DNA of 30,434 nucleotides from a virus (taxonomy: Duplodnaviria; Caudoviricetes): IMG/VR virus record IMGVR_UViG_3300043823_000151, positions 1 through 30,434 of that record. One strand, given 5' to 3'. Positions 1 to 9,268 of this stretch are shown one piece after another. Position 1 is the first letter of the stretch. Each line of letters starts with the position of its first letter. The notes below the pieces were generated by a model. That model was not told the DNA's origin and did no database searches. It saw nothing but the letters and a program-made list of their open reading frames with translations. A program made the translations under genes and the position numbers.

Positions 1-1243
1 TAGCGGGGTCTGATGCCATGTTAATGATCGCATCCGCCGCGTCGATCATGTGCGCGGATTTATTGGCGTTATCGATCATTGAGGCTTGGCGTGTTCCTGC
101 GGCCTTTGCTGCTACTTCTTTTTCAGCTTTTGCGGTTTCAATATCCGCCTCGCCCTTCTTTTTTAAAAGATCTATGTTCGCAAGCGCCTCTTCTTTATTT
201 GCCGGCTTGGCGCCAGCTGGAACCGACACATTCGCGCCGGAGAGCACCTTGCCAACGTAGCCGCTTGAGTCTTGCTTCTTAAAGCCGCCGTACTGAGCGA
301 GCGCCTTGCTAAGATCGCCGTTGTTCTGATCCAGCAGCATCGTTAAATATAAGCGCGTTGCCTCTCTGGCCTGCTGCTCATCGAACGGGTTGTACTTGAT
401 GCCCATCTTGTTGAGCATCGCCGCGGTGTCGGGCATGTGTTGGTACGCACCCATGGCCTTCGTGTCTTTTTGAACCACGAACGGATCGTTGCTTGACTCA
501 ACGCCGCGCAGGCTGTCTAGCAGCTTATCCGTTATCAGATTACTGTACTTTGACTGTGGGGCTTTAGTTGCTGGTTGAGCGGGTGCAGGCGTTGCCTGCG
601 CTTGCTGAGTTGGGGGCAGCGCTCTAAACTGATTAGGCGTCATCTGCACGAGCTTACCATCTATGAAGTACGACTGCTGCGTGTTGCCCGCGGCGTTTGC
701 CTGAGCGTTTGTCTCGGCGTTAGTTGTCTCTTTAACCCACTCATCGTACACTTTCTGTGCGCCGGTTGGGTCCCCAGATGCGCGGTGTGCGGCCATAGAT
801 CTCAACACAATATCTGGCACTTGTGGGCCGGATGGGCGCCCTACTGCTGCGGGTTGTGCCTGTCCTAGTTGAGGATTACCACCCATTAAGTAATCCAGGC
901 TGCGTGCCTGATTCTGCTGCATGGCCTGACTGCCGCGAAGCGCGGCCATCTGCGCGCGCATGTTGAACAGGTCAGCGGCTTGCTGGTCCTTGTACGCCTG
1001 CCTTTGCTCGTGCTTGCCAAGTATGTCAGCCTGAAAGTCTTGTAGCCTCTCAGCGAGCGCATTTTTTGGCTGGCTTCTCTGATTGATCAGGTCCTGCATG
1101 TTCGCAAGAAGCGCCTCGGTCTGAGTGGCGTCTAGCATGTTATTACCTGGCACGGATATGCCACCCTTCACTGGGGCGGATTTAATCACCGCGCCGGGCG
1201 CTGAAGTGGAGAGTGAATCTAAGCCCGATGTTACGTCTGCCAT
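1..1243 (-). CDS. Internal virion/ejection protein with lytic transglycosylase (SLT) domain; 3' end lies outside the window
   Basis: Not in the ORF track; translated by hand. ATG at 1243 after AGGA, open to position 1 (at least 414 aa, MADVTSGLDS...). About 240-530 encodes LRGVESS...AMGAYQHMPDTA...NPFD...YL..LL...GDLSKALAQYGG...YVGKV, matching the SLT motifs (ES, GxxQ, AxY). Confidence 0.85.
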   Translation of the reverse strand, partial: MADVTSGLDSLSTSAPGAVIKSAPVKGGISVPGNNMLDATQTEALLANMQDLINQRSQPKNALAERLQDFQADILGKHEQRQAYKDQQAADLFNMRAQMAALRGSQAMQQNQARSLDYLMGGNPQLGQAQPAAVGRPSGPQVPDIVLRSMAAHRASGDPTGAQKVYDEWVKETTNAETNAQANAAGNTQQSYFIDGKLVQMTPNQFRALPPTQQAQATPAPAQPATKAPQSKYSNLITDKLLDSLRGVESSNDPFVVQKDTKAMGAYQHMPDTAAMLNKMGIKYNPFDEQQAREATRLYLTMLLDQNNGDLSKALAQYGGFKKQDSSGYVGKVLSGANVSVPAGAKPANKEEALANIDLLKKKGEADIETAKAEKEVAAKAAGTRQASMIDNANKSAHMIDAADAIINMASDPA

Positions 1244-1325
1244 TATTTTGTCCTAGTTAAGCGAATGCGCTCTCTAAATCGAATAGATCTGGTGGTATTG
1301 ATAGTTCCATAATTGATATAAAATA

Positions 1326-2168
1326 TTAATCGTCACTAAATAAACCACTAAGCAGGTTGCTACCGCCGCTAATCAAACTACCCAGGCCGCTTGTTATCGA
1401 TCCCAAGCTACCAGTTGCGCTCCCTGATTGCCCAGCAAGCGCGGATAGAACATTTAGCGGGGACGCTACTTGTGTCTGCGTCGTGGTGGTTGGCGCGTTG
1501 ATGGTATTCAGTATGTTCGCAAGATCTACGGTGCCTTGCAGCGGGCTGGCCTGTTGTGCTTGGCCAAGCGTTGTCTCCGCCGTGGTTCCCTGTGAGCCAA
1601 CGTTACCAAGCCCAGTCGCCGCGCTTACGCCGGTCTGCTGGTTCTGGAGCGCCGCCTGATTGAGCGCGGTGTCCATGGCTGCATTTGCCGTTCCAATGGC
1701 GTTCTCTTGGGCTGTTTGTCCGCGCAAGCTGCCAAATTGGCCTGTGGCCGTTCCGCCGGCGCCTGCCTGAGAGGTTACTTGAGGCAACGCGGTGTTAAGA
1801 GACTGTTGCTCTGACGCAGCTAAACCGCCGAGCGCCGTGCTGGTGTTTGGTGATACTGTGCCGTTTGCGTTCGTGATCCAGGGAGTGGCTGCGCCAGAGA
1901 GTATTGAATTTAGCCCTGTCTGCGCCGTGCTAAATGGATTGTTTGGGCCGCTTAGGTTATTAATCGCCTGACCCGCCACTGTGTTCTGCAGCTGGGGCAC
2001 GTTCGCTGAGTTTGCGGTTGCCTGATTGACAACGTTCTGTTGCGCCTGGTCATACCAGGAGGGCATCGTCGTGGCCTCAGTATTAGAAGACTGAGCCAGA
2101 CTGCTTATTGGATTTGTTATTGAAGATATGCCGCTTGTTAGGCCGCTGACTAAACTAGAGAGTGACAT
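1326..2168 (-). CDS. Putative DNA ejection/pilot protein
   Basis: 280 aa, rich in Q/S/G/A/T, contains a GQFGSLRG motif; lies between the tail genes and the SLT protein, where podovirus ejection genes usually sit. Confidence 0.55.
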   Translation of the reverse strand: MSLSSLVSGLTSGISSITNPISSLAQSSNTEATTMPSWYDQAQQNVVNQATANSANVPQLQNTVAGQAINNLSGPNNPFSTAQTGLNSILSGAATPWITNANGTVSPNTSTALGGLAASEQQSLNTALPQVTSQAGAGGTATGQFGSLRGQTAQENAIGTANAAMDTALNQAALQNQQTGVSAATGLGNVGSQGTTAETTLGQAQQASPLQGTVDLANILNTINAPTTTTQTQVASPLNVLSALAGQSGSATGSLGSITSGLGSLISGGSNLLSGLFSDD

Positions 2169-2169
2169 G

Positions 2170-3375
2170 TTATGCCTTTACTTTTTTATGTGCTTCAGAT
2201 AAGTACGCTAGAGCGCCCTTGCTATCTGGCGGTAAGTGTTTAGCGTCGTGCAATTTTTTATGTGCGCGAATGGTTTGAAGGAATTCATCTAGCACCTTTG
2301 CGCCGCTGTCGTTGCTGCCATTGCCAAGGCCTGATACAACGTCCGCTGGGATAACAAACTCGCCGTTCGCGAGCATCGCGGGAACGTCGTCGCTCGTGCC
2401 ATCTCCGGCGCCCTTGACGTAGCGGTTCTTTAGACCACCTTCGCTGTAGAACTCTGGCACATGCCCACCATCTGCGAAGTGTGGTGCGGTGCGCAGCGCG
2501 CTGCTTGTGTTAATTGGCATCAAAGACGCTGAGCCAAATCCAAGCCCTTGAGTGGTGTGCGGATGAAAAGCTCTGATTGTGGGAGCAGAGTCATCATCTC
2601 CCACGCCACCGCCGTCCTTCATAAACGAGCCAGATGTTAAGTCCGTATTGTAGAGCTGAGGATCTTGTGAGAAAGATGGCTTATCTAAATTGATTTGAGC
2701 GGTTGAGTGACCACTTAGCTGAGGTGTTATGGCGTTAGAGCTATTATTGCTAATTTCATTCGCCAAACTAGATAATCCGCTGCTGATGCTGCTATTTCCG
2801 CTTGATATTTGATTCGCTAGCTGAGACCCAAGGCCACTAATCCCTGAGGTTAGTGAGCTGCCCAGGCTACTTATATTTGATCCGAGTGAGCTTCCTAGAT
2901 CACTAACATCTGAGCCAAGGTTGCCAATATCTGAAGATAGACCACCAACATCTGAAGATAAGCCACCAATGTCTGAACCAAGAGTGCTCCCAAGGTCACC
3001 AACATCAGAAGTAAGGCCACCAATGTCTGAGCCAAGAGTGCTTCCAAGACTGCCGACATCAGATCCTAAAGTACTTCCTAGGCTACCAACATCAGAAGTA
3101 AGGCCACCAATGTCTGAGCCAAGAGTGCTTCCAAGACTGCCGACATCAGATCCTAGAGTACTTCCAAGACTACCAACATCAGATCCTAGAGTACTTCCAA
3201 GGTCGCCAATATCTGAAGACAGTCCGCTAACATCAGAAGTAAGGCCACTTAAATCTAATCCGGAAGAACTATCAAGCGCATCAGATGCGGCTGAAGATGC
3301 ACCATCAATTCCAAGTGCATCGGAGACAGTGCTCACAACGGGGCTAATAATATCGGAAAAAAAAGAACCGAACAT
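2170..3375 (-). CDS. Putative internal virion protein with S/G/D/L tandem repeats and a conserved-looking C-terminal domain
   Basis: 401 aa; repeats SDVGSLGSTLG and SDIGGLT; C-terminal GAGDGTSDDVPAMLANGEFVIPADVVSGLGNGS is a motif I recognise from phage virion proteins. Confidence 0.6.
   Translation of the reverse strand: MFGSFFSDIISPVVSTVSDALGIDGASSAASDALDSSSGLDLSGLTSDVSGLSSDIGDLGSTLGSDVGSLGSTLGSDVGSLGSTLGSDIGGLTSDVGSLGSTLGSDVGSLGSTLGSDIGGLTSDVGDLGSTLGSDIGGLSSDVGGLSSDIGNLGSDVSDLGSSLGSNISSLGSSLTSGISGLGSQLANQISSGNSSISSGLSSLANEISNNSSNAITPQLSGHSTAQINLDKPSFSQDPQLYNTDLTSGSFMKDGGGVGDDDSAPTIRAFHPHTTQGLGFGSASLMPINTSSALRTAPHFADGGHVPEFYSEGGLKNRYVKGAGDGTSDDVPAMLANGEFVIPADVVSGLGNGSNDSGAKVLDEFLQTIRAHKKLHDAKHLPPDSKGALAYLSEAHKKVKA
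2830..3250 (-). repeat. Coding tandem repeat of 33-nt and 21-nt units, including a near-identical 87-nt duplication
   Basis: accaacatcagaagtaaggccaccaatgtctgagccaagagtgcttccaagactgccgacatcagatccta starts at both 2998 and 3085. Confidence 0.9.
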
Positions 3376-3377
3376 GG

Positions 3378-3686
3378 TTAATCTCTCACTATTAATGGTT
3401 CATCCACTTTATCAGGATCCGTAATATCGGTTGCATGTATGCAATACCAACGGCACTCCTCTAAAGCGACGACTCGGTGGACTGTATTTTTCTTAATCTC
3501 AATAACGGCAGGAGCCTCAATAATGCTCACCTTACCATCAACCATAAGTTTAACTTTACCCTGAGCCAGAATGCTCATGTGATCAAACACATGCTTGTGC
3601 TGGGCCCCGCCGGAATTTTTGGGGAAAATCATCTCTTTGGCGTATACGCCGCCGATGAAGTGGTGTTTTATATTTAAATCAATCAT
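3378..3686 (-). CDS. Cupin-fold protein
   Basis: HHFIGGVYAKEM...HKHVFDHMSILAQG...APAVIEI...HRVVALE...CIH fits the two-motif His-rich cupin pattern. Confidence 0.75.
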   Translation of the reverse strand: MIDLNIKHHFIGGVYAKEMIFPKNSGGAQHKHVFDHMSILAQGKVKLMVDGKVSIIEAPAVIEIKKNTVHRVVALEECRWYCIHATDITDPDKVDEPLIVRD

Positions 3687-3688
3687 AC

Positions 3689-3725
3689 TACATATATTAA
3701 TGCAAAAAACTGCACCCTGTAGCCC
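3689..3725 (-). promoter_or_regulatory. Putative phage late promoter, copy 1
   Basis: Minus strand GGGC-N17-TGCATTA-ATATATGT-A; intergenic, directly before the cupin ATG. Confidence 0.75.
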
Positions 3726-3730
3726 GGCAT

Positions 3731-3988
3731 TTAGCTTGTTTTGCCGTTCACCGCCAATGAAAAATCAGTGATCCAATCCTGCCAATTTTGAAACGATTCT
3801 GGGCTAGCGACGCCGTATGGCGCAAACGCTGGCGATCCTGCCAATGCGCTCGCCGTTTCCATCCAGCTATCCTCTGTCGTAATTGGTATATTCAGCTCGC
3901 CGTAGTAGATAACAAGCTCACCGTTCATATCATCCCAGGTCGAGTTTGCCGTGACCAATGGAAAGAACTGCTTGATTGTCTTCGCCAT
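3731..3988 (-). CDS. Hypothetical protein (tail module)
   Basis: 85 aa; TAATG stop/start overlap with the upstream gene. Confidence 0.7.
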   Translation of the reverse strand: MAKTIKQFFPLVTANSTWDDMNGELVIYYGELNIPITTEDSWMETASALAGSPAFAPYGVASPESFQNWQDWITDFSLAVNGKTS

Positions 3989-6138
3989 TATGGTCTCTCA
4001 TCACCTGGCTCAACGGTCAGTAGCACCCGACCCTGCTCGTAGTTACCATCAACCTCATTAGACACGAATTGCAGGTACATCTCCCTGAACTCAATGCGTG
4101 TGTCGATCTTGTCCGGATTGGCTGTGTTTGGCCCAAAGTCAAAGGACACTGGCGTCTCCTCGGGACCATTTGCGTACTTATTACCAAGCACGTTAAGCGT
4201 CAGCGTGCCAGATTGCACAAAGTCCGGCTCAACCCTGCGCAGGTGATTTCTGCGGTTGATGCCAACCAAAGACTTCTCTGATGGGCCACCAGTTAGCCAG
4301 CCCACGTCATTTGTCGTGTAGCTTGACTGAATCGCGGTCTCTTGATTGTCTGTGACTCGGTTAAGCCCTGTCTCGTGCTGCCAGATGCCGTAGCCGCCGG
4401 TTATGAAGAACACAGGCCCGCCCACTCCCGGATTGGGTGAGAGTAGCGCGTTGACCGTTATCAATGTCACGCCAGGCATGCCGATCGTTGTGTTGATAGT
4501 GTACACGGCGGTTGTTACCTGGTACTTAGGCTCATCAATTAGTGTTGAGAACGTCACGTAGGACCCTGGTGGGAACTTAACCGTCACGTCTCCGGAGATG
4601 TAGAACTGATTGCCATTAGGCGCAGGTAAGCTCGCTGGGTGCGTGATAATGGTGGACGGCGTGCTGTACTCGATGTTGTAGTTCCAGTCAGCCCATATTG
4701 GGGACGGGAACACCTCGGTCGTGTAGCCGCATGATCTTTGTGAGCCAATAGCCTGACCTGCGTCATACCAGATCTGGTCCTTGGTATTGAATATAATCGC
4801 GTCGTTGCACTCTGTCGAGGTGCCGCGTGGGTAGAAGAACCAAATCTCATTGTAGCGCGGAACCTTAGTGGCCCACACCTTCTGGCGCTGCGTGTAGTTG
4901 ATGTTATTGAAGAGCCAGTTAACGTTCTTGTCGTTGGGCAGAATCTTAACAGAGCCGTTGTAGATGTAGAACCGGTCAACGCCCATCCAATAGTACGCGC
5001 CGTCCATCTCAACAACTGAGTTAGAGGACATAATGGAGATCTGACTGGACACGATATCGTAGTTCCAGTAGTACGGCGCGGTGCCGTTAAACGACACACG
5101 GATCAAGCTATCCGTCGCCCAGAACAGACCTGCGGGCGAGTTTGTACCGCCGCGCATTGGCATGCCTTTCACGATCTTACTGGATGACATGTTAACCTGG
5201 TTGGCCGTCACGCCGTTCCAGTCGGTCAGCCCTTGAACGTCGTAGGTTGTGTTGACGTTGTTGTTCGCGATGTATCCGTCATTACCGTAAACAAAAAGGT
5301 ACGGGTACAGCACGCAAACGCCGCCAGAGACGCTAATAGGCTGAAAGGTAGGGTACTGGCCACCGCTGTCACAAAGCCCCGACAAGGTCCACTGATTGGA
5401 GCTATTAGCGAGTATGCTACCCGCCTGAACCTGTGAGTTAATTGTGCTGTCGATGCTGTTTAAATTTTGGCCAGGATGCGCTATGAGCTCTAATGAGCCG
5501 CCAGATGGATTGTGCTGCGCGTCAAACTGCCAGAGCAGGTTTGGGCTTGTCTGAAAATTGATATTGTCAATGTAGACATTTGTCACAGTAACTCCGGCGC
5601 CAAGCGCTGGCGTGAACGTGACCGTGGTGGTTGGCGTAGTGAAAGACGAGCCGGTTACTGTGTAAACCGTTGCGCCTACGCTCTGTGAGAATACTATCTG
5701 AGTGCCAGTGGGGAACGCGTTTGTCGCGTAATCTATGACCGGCGTTGCCGTGCTGGTTATTGTAAGGGTTGTAGTGGTATTGGAGTTGACAGCCACTTGT
5801 CCATACCCTGGCTCAAATATAGCGCTGGATGGCCCGGCGCCAATGCCATAAGTACTGCCAGTAGTAAATACATCAAGACCGTTTTGATTGCCCGCAAAAA
5901 CATAATTAACTCCATTATAAGGGATGGCAATCATGCCCCTCGGTATGCCATTAAACGTGCTGAATATTTGCTCGTAGCCACCCATTTTCTTGGGTGAGCC
6001 ACGCTGGAACCTGCACCACACACCATCCGTGTACTCAAGTGACTCGAGCGTGGTTCCGTCTCTCTTAATGCCTGCCTTAGTTCCCAGTGAGTAGATCTGG
6101 CTGTACTGAGGCGCCAACTGATCTTGCTGAGTCGCCAT
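3988..6138 (-). CDS. Putative tail nozzle/stabilisation protein (P22 gp10 / tail tubular B-like)
   Basis: 716 aa, beta-rich; WCRFQRGSPKKMGG near the N terminus and NEIWFFYP...IFN...WY; follows the adaptor genes. Confidence 0.65.
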   Translation of the reverse strand: MATQQDQLAPQYSQIYSLGTKAGIKRDGTTLESLEYTDGVWCRFQRGSPKKMGGYEQIFSTFNGIPRGMIAIPYNGVNYVFAGNQNGLDVFTTGSTYGIGAGPSSAIFEPGYGQVAVNSNTTTTLTITSTATPVIDYATNAFPTGTQIVFSQSVGATVYTVTGSSFTTPTTTVTFTPALGAGVTVTNVYIDNINFQTSPNLLWQFDAQHNPSGGSLELIAHPGQNLNSIDSTINSQVQAGSILANSSNQWTLSGLCDSGGQYPTFQPISVSGGVCVLYPYLFVYGNDGYIANNNVNTTYDVQGLTDWNGVTANQVNMSSSKIVKGMPMRGGTNSPAGLFWATDSLIRVSFNGTAPYYWNYDIVSSQISIMSSNSVVEMDGAYYWMGVDRFYIYNGSVKILPNDKNVNWLFNNINYTQRQKVWATKVPRYNEIWFFYPRGTSTECNDAIIFNTKDQIWYDAGQAIGSQRSCGYTTEVFPSPIWADWNYNIEYSTPSTIITHPASLPAPNGNQFYISGDVTVKFPPGSYVTFSTLIDEPKYQVTTAVYTINTTIGMPGVTLITVNALLSPNPGVGGPVFFITGGYGIWQHETGLNRVTDNQETAIQSSYTTNDVGWLTGGPSEKSLVGINRRNHLRRVEPDFVQSGTLTLNVLGNKYANGPEETPVSFDFGPNTANPDKIDTRIEFREMYLQFVSNEVDGNYEQGRVLLTVEPGDERP

Positions 6139-7406
6139 TAGAATCCTCCGCCAGGAATTCCATTTATCGCGATAAACGTAGAGTACGCCGTTATGATTGG
6201 GTCAGATGTGTTTGAGTTATTGATCTGCAGCATCTCGGTAGAATTGGCTGAGAAGCCCAATGCGCTTGTGCCTATTAGGTACATGCCCGTGTGCGTGTCA
6301 TTCAAAAAAGAAAAAGACGGCGCGCTCGCAGAGCCGTTGTTGGCCTGGTACACGTTAACCGTTGACTGCGTTAAAATAAAGAGCTCATTGTTCGTCGCAA
6401 GAACAGAGGCGATCGTTCCGGCTCCCAAGCTGATTGGGGTCTGTGAGCTGCCAGAGATTTGGAACTCAATGTTGTACGATCCAGATGTTGTATTGTTCGC
6501 GAGAATGTAGAACTGCGTCACCGTTGGCAGAGTAACCAGCAGCGTCTGTGTTCTTGTGCCAGACTGCGCGATGTAGTTCTGGATAATTGGCGCGTACGCT
6601 GTTAGGCTGAACGCGTTACCTACAATGCTGTCAACGTCGTACGTCGCTGAGCTGAACGTCACGTTCGCTGGGAGCGCCCAGCCAACTGTCACAAAGTTAC
6701 CGGTGCTGGCGTCGTACAGTATGAAACCGGAGTCACCAGGGTTTGTGTTGATGCTTGAGTTGCCGTTAATCGTCGCAGTGTTCTGCGTTTGAATTGTCAG
6801 CGTGCCTGTGCCATTGTTTCTAAACGAAATGTACCAGCCCGCTGTTAGCCCAGACACCGCCGGCAGCGTGATCGTGTTCGCGCCAGAGTTCCACACGTAC
6901 GTTGCCGCACGGCTTGCGTTCGTTATGGTTGGTGGTGACGTTACGTCGATGATGTTACCAGTCGTTGCGAGCTGCCCCGCAATGGTTGTGAGGCCCGCGC
7001 CCGCCAACGTGGCCGCGCTGGCCACTGAAGGGTTGAGCCCAAATATACTGTTGCCCCAAACACCTGCAAATGTTGAGTTGTTCGTTAGGTAGAAGTAGAC
7101 CGACGCGCCGGGTGATATGGTCGTGCTGTTCTGCCCAGAGGCGTCCGTTACGACGAACGAGTACAGGCTAGACTTGTTGTTGAATAAAATATCAGAGCCA
7201 ACTGATCCCTGATCTGCCTCTGGCAGGAGGATCGACAATCCGGCGCTGGCCGGTGTGCAGTCCATAATCCTGGCGGCCGCGATCTCTGTTGGATTAACAA
7301 CGGCTGGCCAGTACAGAGGAGTATTAGCGCTGAACGTGAGCGCAAAGTACGATACGTCCGTTGGCTCAATGACCGTGCCAGTGAATGGGGATGTAAATGT
7401 GGACAT
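6138..7406 (-). CDS. Tail-associated structural/fibre protein
   Basis: 422 aa, T/S/N/G-rich with repeated beta modules, NGSASAPSFSF..D..TG motif, ends GIPGGGF. Confidence 0.6.
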   Translation of the reverse strand: MSTFTSPFTGTVIEPTDVSYFALTFSANTPLYWPAVVNPTEIAAARIMDCTPASAGLSILLPEADQGSVGSDILFNNKSSLYSFVVTDASGQNSTTISPGASVYFYLTNNSTFAGVWGNSIFGLNPSVASAATLAGAGLTTIAGQLATTGNIIDVTSPPTITNASRAATYVWNSGANTITLPAVSGLTAGWYISFRNNGTGTLTIQTQNTATINGNSSINTNPGDSGFILYDASTGNFVTVGWALPANVTFSSATYDVDSIVGNAFSLTAYAPIIQNYIAQSGTRTQTLLVTLPTVTQFYILANNTTSGSYNIEFQISGSSQTPISLGAGTIASVLATNNELFILTQSTVNVYQANNGSASAPSFSFLNDTHTGMYLIGTSALGFSANSTEMLQINNSNTSDPIITAYSTFIAINGIPGGGF

Positions 7407-7409
7407 GTG

Positions 7410-8030
7410 TTATGGTTCCTGTACGCTGACGTTTCGGTCGATGCGTCGAGAGTTGTCTTCTTTCTTAATTGCCGCTACTGCGTCGTCAAAGTACCCTTTC
7501 CATGTGGCGATCTTGTCCTGCGCCTTTAGGTACACCATGGCGTGGTACATGGACGCGTACAGCATGAGCTGTGGCGTTGTCTGCGTGAAAAGGTTTTGCT
7601 CGTTGTTTGAGTCAAGCGGCTGAATCAGGCTGTAGTAAATGATCTCGACCGGCGTGCTGGCGCTTGGCGCTGGCGCAAAGGTCCAGTTCATGTAGTCATA
7701 GTCCGCGTAGTACTGAGGCTGCCCGGCGCTAGACTCTGACTGATACATCGCCACGTAGTCCTGGCTGCGCAAGAAGATTGGCTCGCCATTAATCTTCATG
7801 GAGACCGTCTTCCTCCACCTCGCAGGCTTTGCGAGCACTGTCTGATTTGTTGCGAGCGTTGTCTCAACAACCACGAGCTGCAGGAATGTCTTCAACTCGG
7901 CGGCGATTGATGCCTCCGCGAGCGCGATGATCGTCGGTATCGTCGCCACGAACTGAGAGTCATTACGCTCAGTGTAGTTGATGATATCCGCCGTCAGCGA
8001 ATCATAGGTCATTACTGATGTGGTTGTCAT
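7410..8030 (-). CDS. Putative head-tail adaptor / tail tubular A-like protein
   Basis: 206 aa; MTYDSL..DI..Y.ER, GQPQYYA, FAPAP and P.L.LY motifs. Confidence 0.65.
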   Translation of the reverse strand: MTTTSVMTYDSLTADIINYTERNDSQFVATIPTIIALAEASIAAELKTFLQLVVVETTLATNQTVLAKPARWRKTVSMKINGEPIFLRSQDYVAMYQSESSAGQPQYYADYDYMNWTFAPAPSASTPVEIIYYSLIQPLDSNNEQNLFTQTTPQLMLYASMYHAMVYLKAQDKIATWKGYFDDAVAAIKKEDNSRRIDRNVSVQEP

Positions 8031-9097
8031 CTGGTGTAGTACGAGTAATTTGGCTGGAAGTAGATTGGTGACTTGTCGCGGTCCTCGTCCTCTGCCTGCG
8101 TCCTCATCTCAAGCGCCAGTGCCTTAAGCTCCGCGCGTCTACCAGAGTCAATATCTGGCAGCTGAAACGCTAGCTTGTAGGATAGCTCAGACTGAATGTA
8201 CGGTATCCACCTGTTAGGTAGGTACAGCTGATTGGTGAGGGATCCAACGTCCTGCGGCTGCATCTCAAGCACCAACTGGAACACTTGGAAGTCATTTGAT
8301 GGCACGGGCCACAAGTACATCTGCGGATCAATGGTTCTGTTGAACCAGTACTGCAGCGAGCGCACGCTTGGGAATTGTTTGTTGGGTAGGTTCCAGTAGT
8401 CGTCGCGGTTCAGTCTCGCCAGGGGAATAACCTGCTGCGATTGAGCGAACACGATCTGCCTGACTGAGTATGTTGTCGCAACGGTCTCGCGCAGCCTATG
8501 GTAGTAGTGCTCCTGCGTTATGTTGACCGGGAAGTACGCCCATTCTCTGTCGCCAAGCGTTGTCGTTGGGAGCGCTATCTGCTCCGTCCACGTGATACCG
8601 TCCTCGCTTGTCTCGTACACCAGGTTGTACGTCTGCGTGCCGCCAAAGGTCGGTGAGTATCCGTTCACGCCGATGTAGTAAACCGACTGAGCGGCCTGGT
8701 AGTACGCGCCGAACCAGTTCTCCGCGGTCGTGGTCGTGCCGTACAACGAGAGACTCTGATCGAACACGATCAGCGAATTTGGATTATCAACCGGCAGCGT
8801 CGTCGTGATCGTTGGGTTAACGATGTAGACCCAGTTCGCCTCAAGAACGTCAATCGTGCCAGGGGGCAGCGACATGATCTGCTGATTGGCCTGAGCGCCG
8901 AGCACGTAGTTATCCAGCAGCCACAGATTTGGGCCACGGTTAACGCTGTTCTGAAGTATGTAGAACAGCGCCTGCTTGGCTGTGTCAACGAGCTCTGGCG
9001 TCATCTCCTCGGCCTGCTTGCCGCAGTCACGGAAGGAGTACGCGATCAGCTGATCTACGTTAACCGTAGTCTGATTGGTTGTTCCAGAGTAGGCCAC
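8027..9097 (-). CDS. Putative head-tail connector protein with an inserted discoidin-like domain
   Basis: 356 aa, GTG start; NRG.NLW, R.DY.NLPNK and LWPVP motifs flank a central YETSEDGITWTE...YHRLR segment. Confidence 0.6.
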   Translation of the reverse strand: MAYSGTTNQTTVNVDQLIAYSFRDCGKQAEEMTPELVDTAKQALFYILQNSVNRGPNLWLLDNYVLGAQANQQIMSLPPGTIDVLEANWVYIVNPTITTTLPVDNPNSLIVFDQSLSLYGTTTTAENWFGAYYQAAQSVYYIGVNGYSPTFGGTQTYNLVYETSEDGITWTEQIALPTTTLGDREWAYFPVNITQEHYYHRLRETVATTYSVRQIVFAQSQQVIPLARLNRDDYWNLPNKQFPSVRSLQYWFNRTIDPQMYLWPVPSNDFQVFQLVLEMQPQDVGSLTNQLYLPNRWIPYIQSELSYKLAFQLPDIDSGRRAELKALALEMRTQAEDEDRDKSPIYFQPNYSYYTR

Positions 9098-9100
9098 GTC

Positions 9101-9268
9101 TTACCTTCCGCGGCCAGAGGATTTCCTTGCGGGCAGGTTCGCCTTGGCCTTACCAGCCTTAACAAACTCAGCCCCCACTTTTCTAGGTATCCCTACTTTT
9201 TTAGCGAACTCTGGTGAGTTCTTGACGCCCTGCATGAGGCGCTCCTGCGCCTTAGATTGAATCGGCAT
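9101..9268 (-). CDS. Small basic protein (55 aa), below the ORF-track cutoff
   Basis: MPIQSKAQERLMQGVKNSPEFAKKVGIPRKVGAEFVKAGKAKANLPARKSSGRGR; GGAG SD, TAATG overlap with the upstream gene, fills the gap exactly. Confidence 0.85.
   Translation of the reverse strand: MPIQSKAQERLMQGVKNSPEFAKKVGIPRKVGAEFVKAGKAKANLPARKSSGRGR

Noticed and set aside
1257-1310. 17-codon mini-ORF MELSIPPDLFDLESAFA on the minus strand
   Set aside because: Too short, no SD; cannot be distinguished from chance.
2830-3424. Possible CRISPR-like array, and the plus-strand repeat ORF 2921..3424
   Set aside because: Units are contiguous codon multiples with synonymous variation on the minus strand and no unique spacers; the plus ORF is its antisense shadow.
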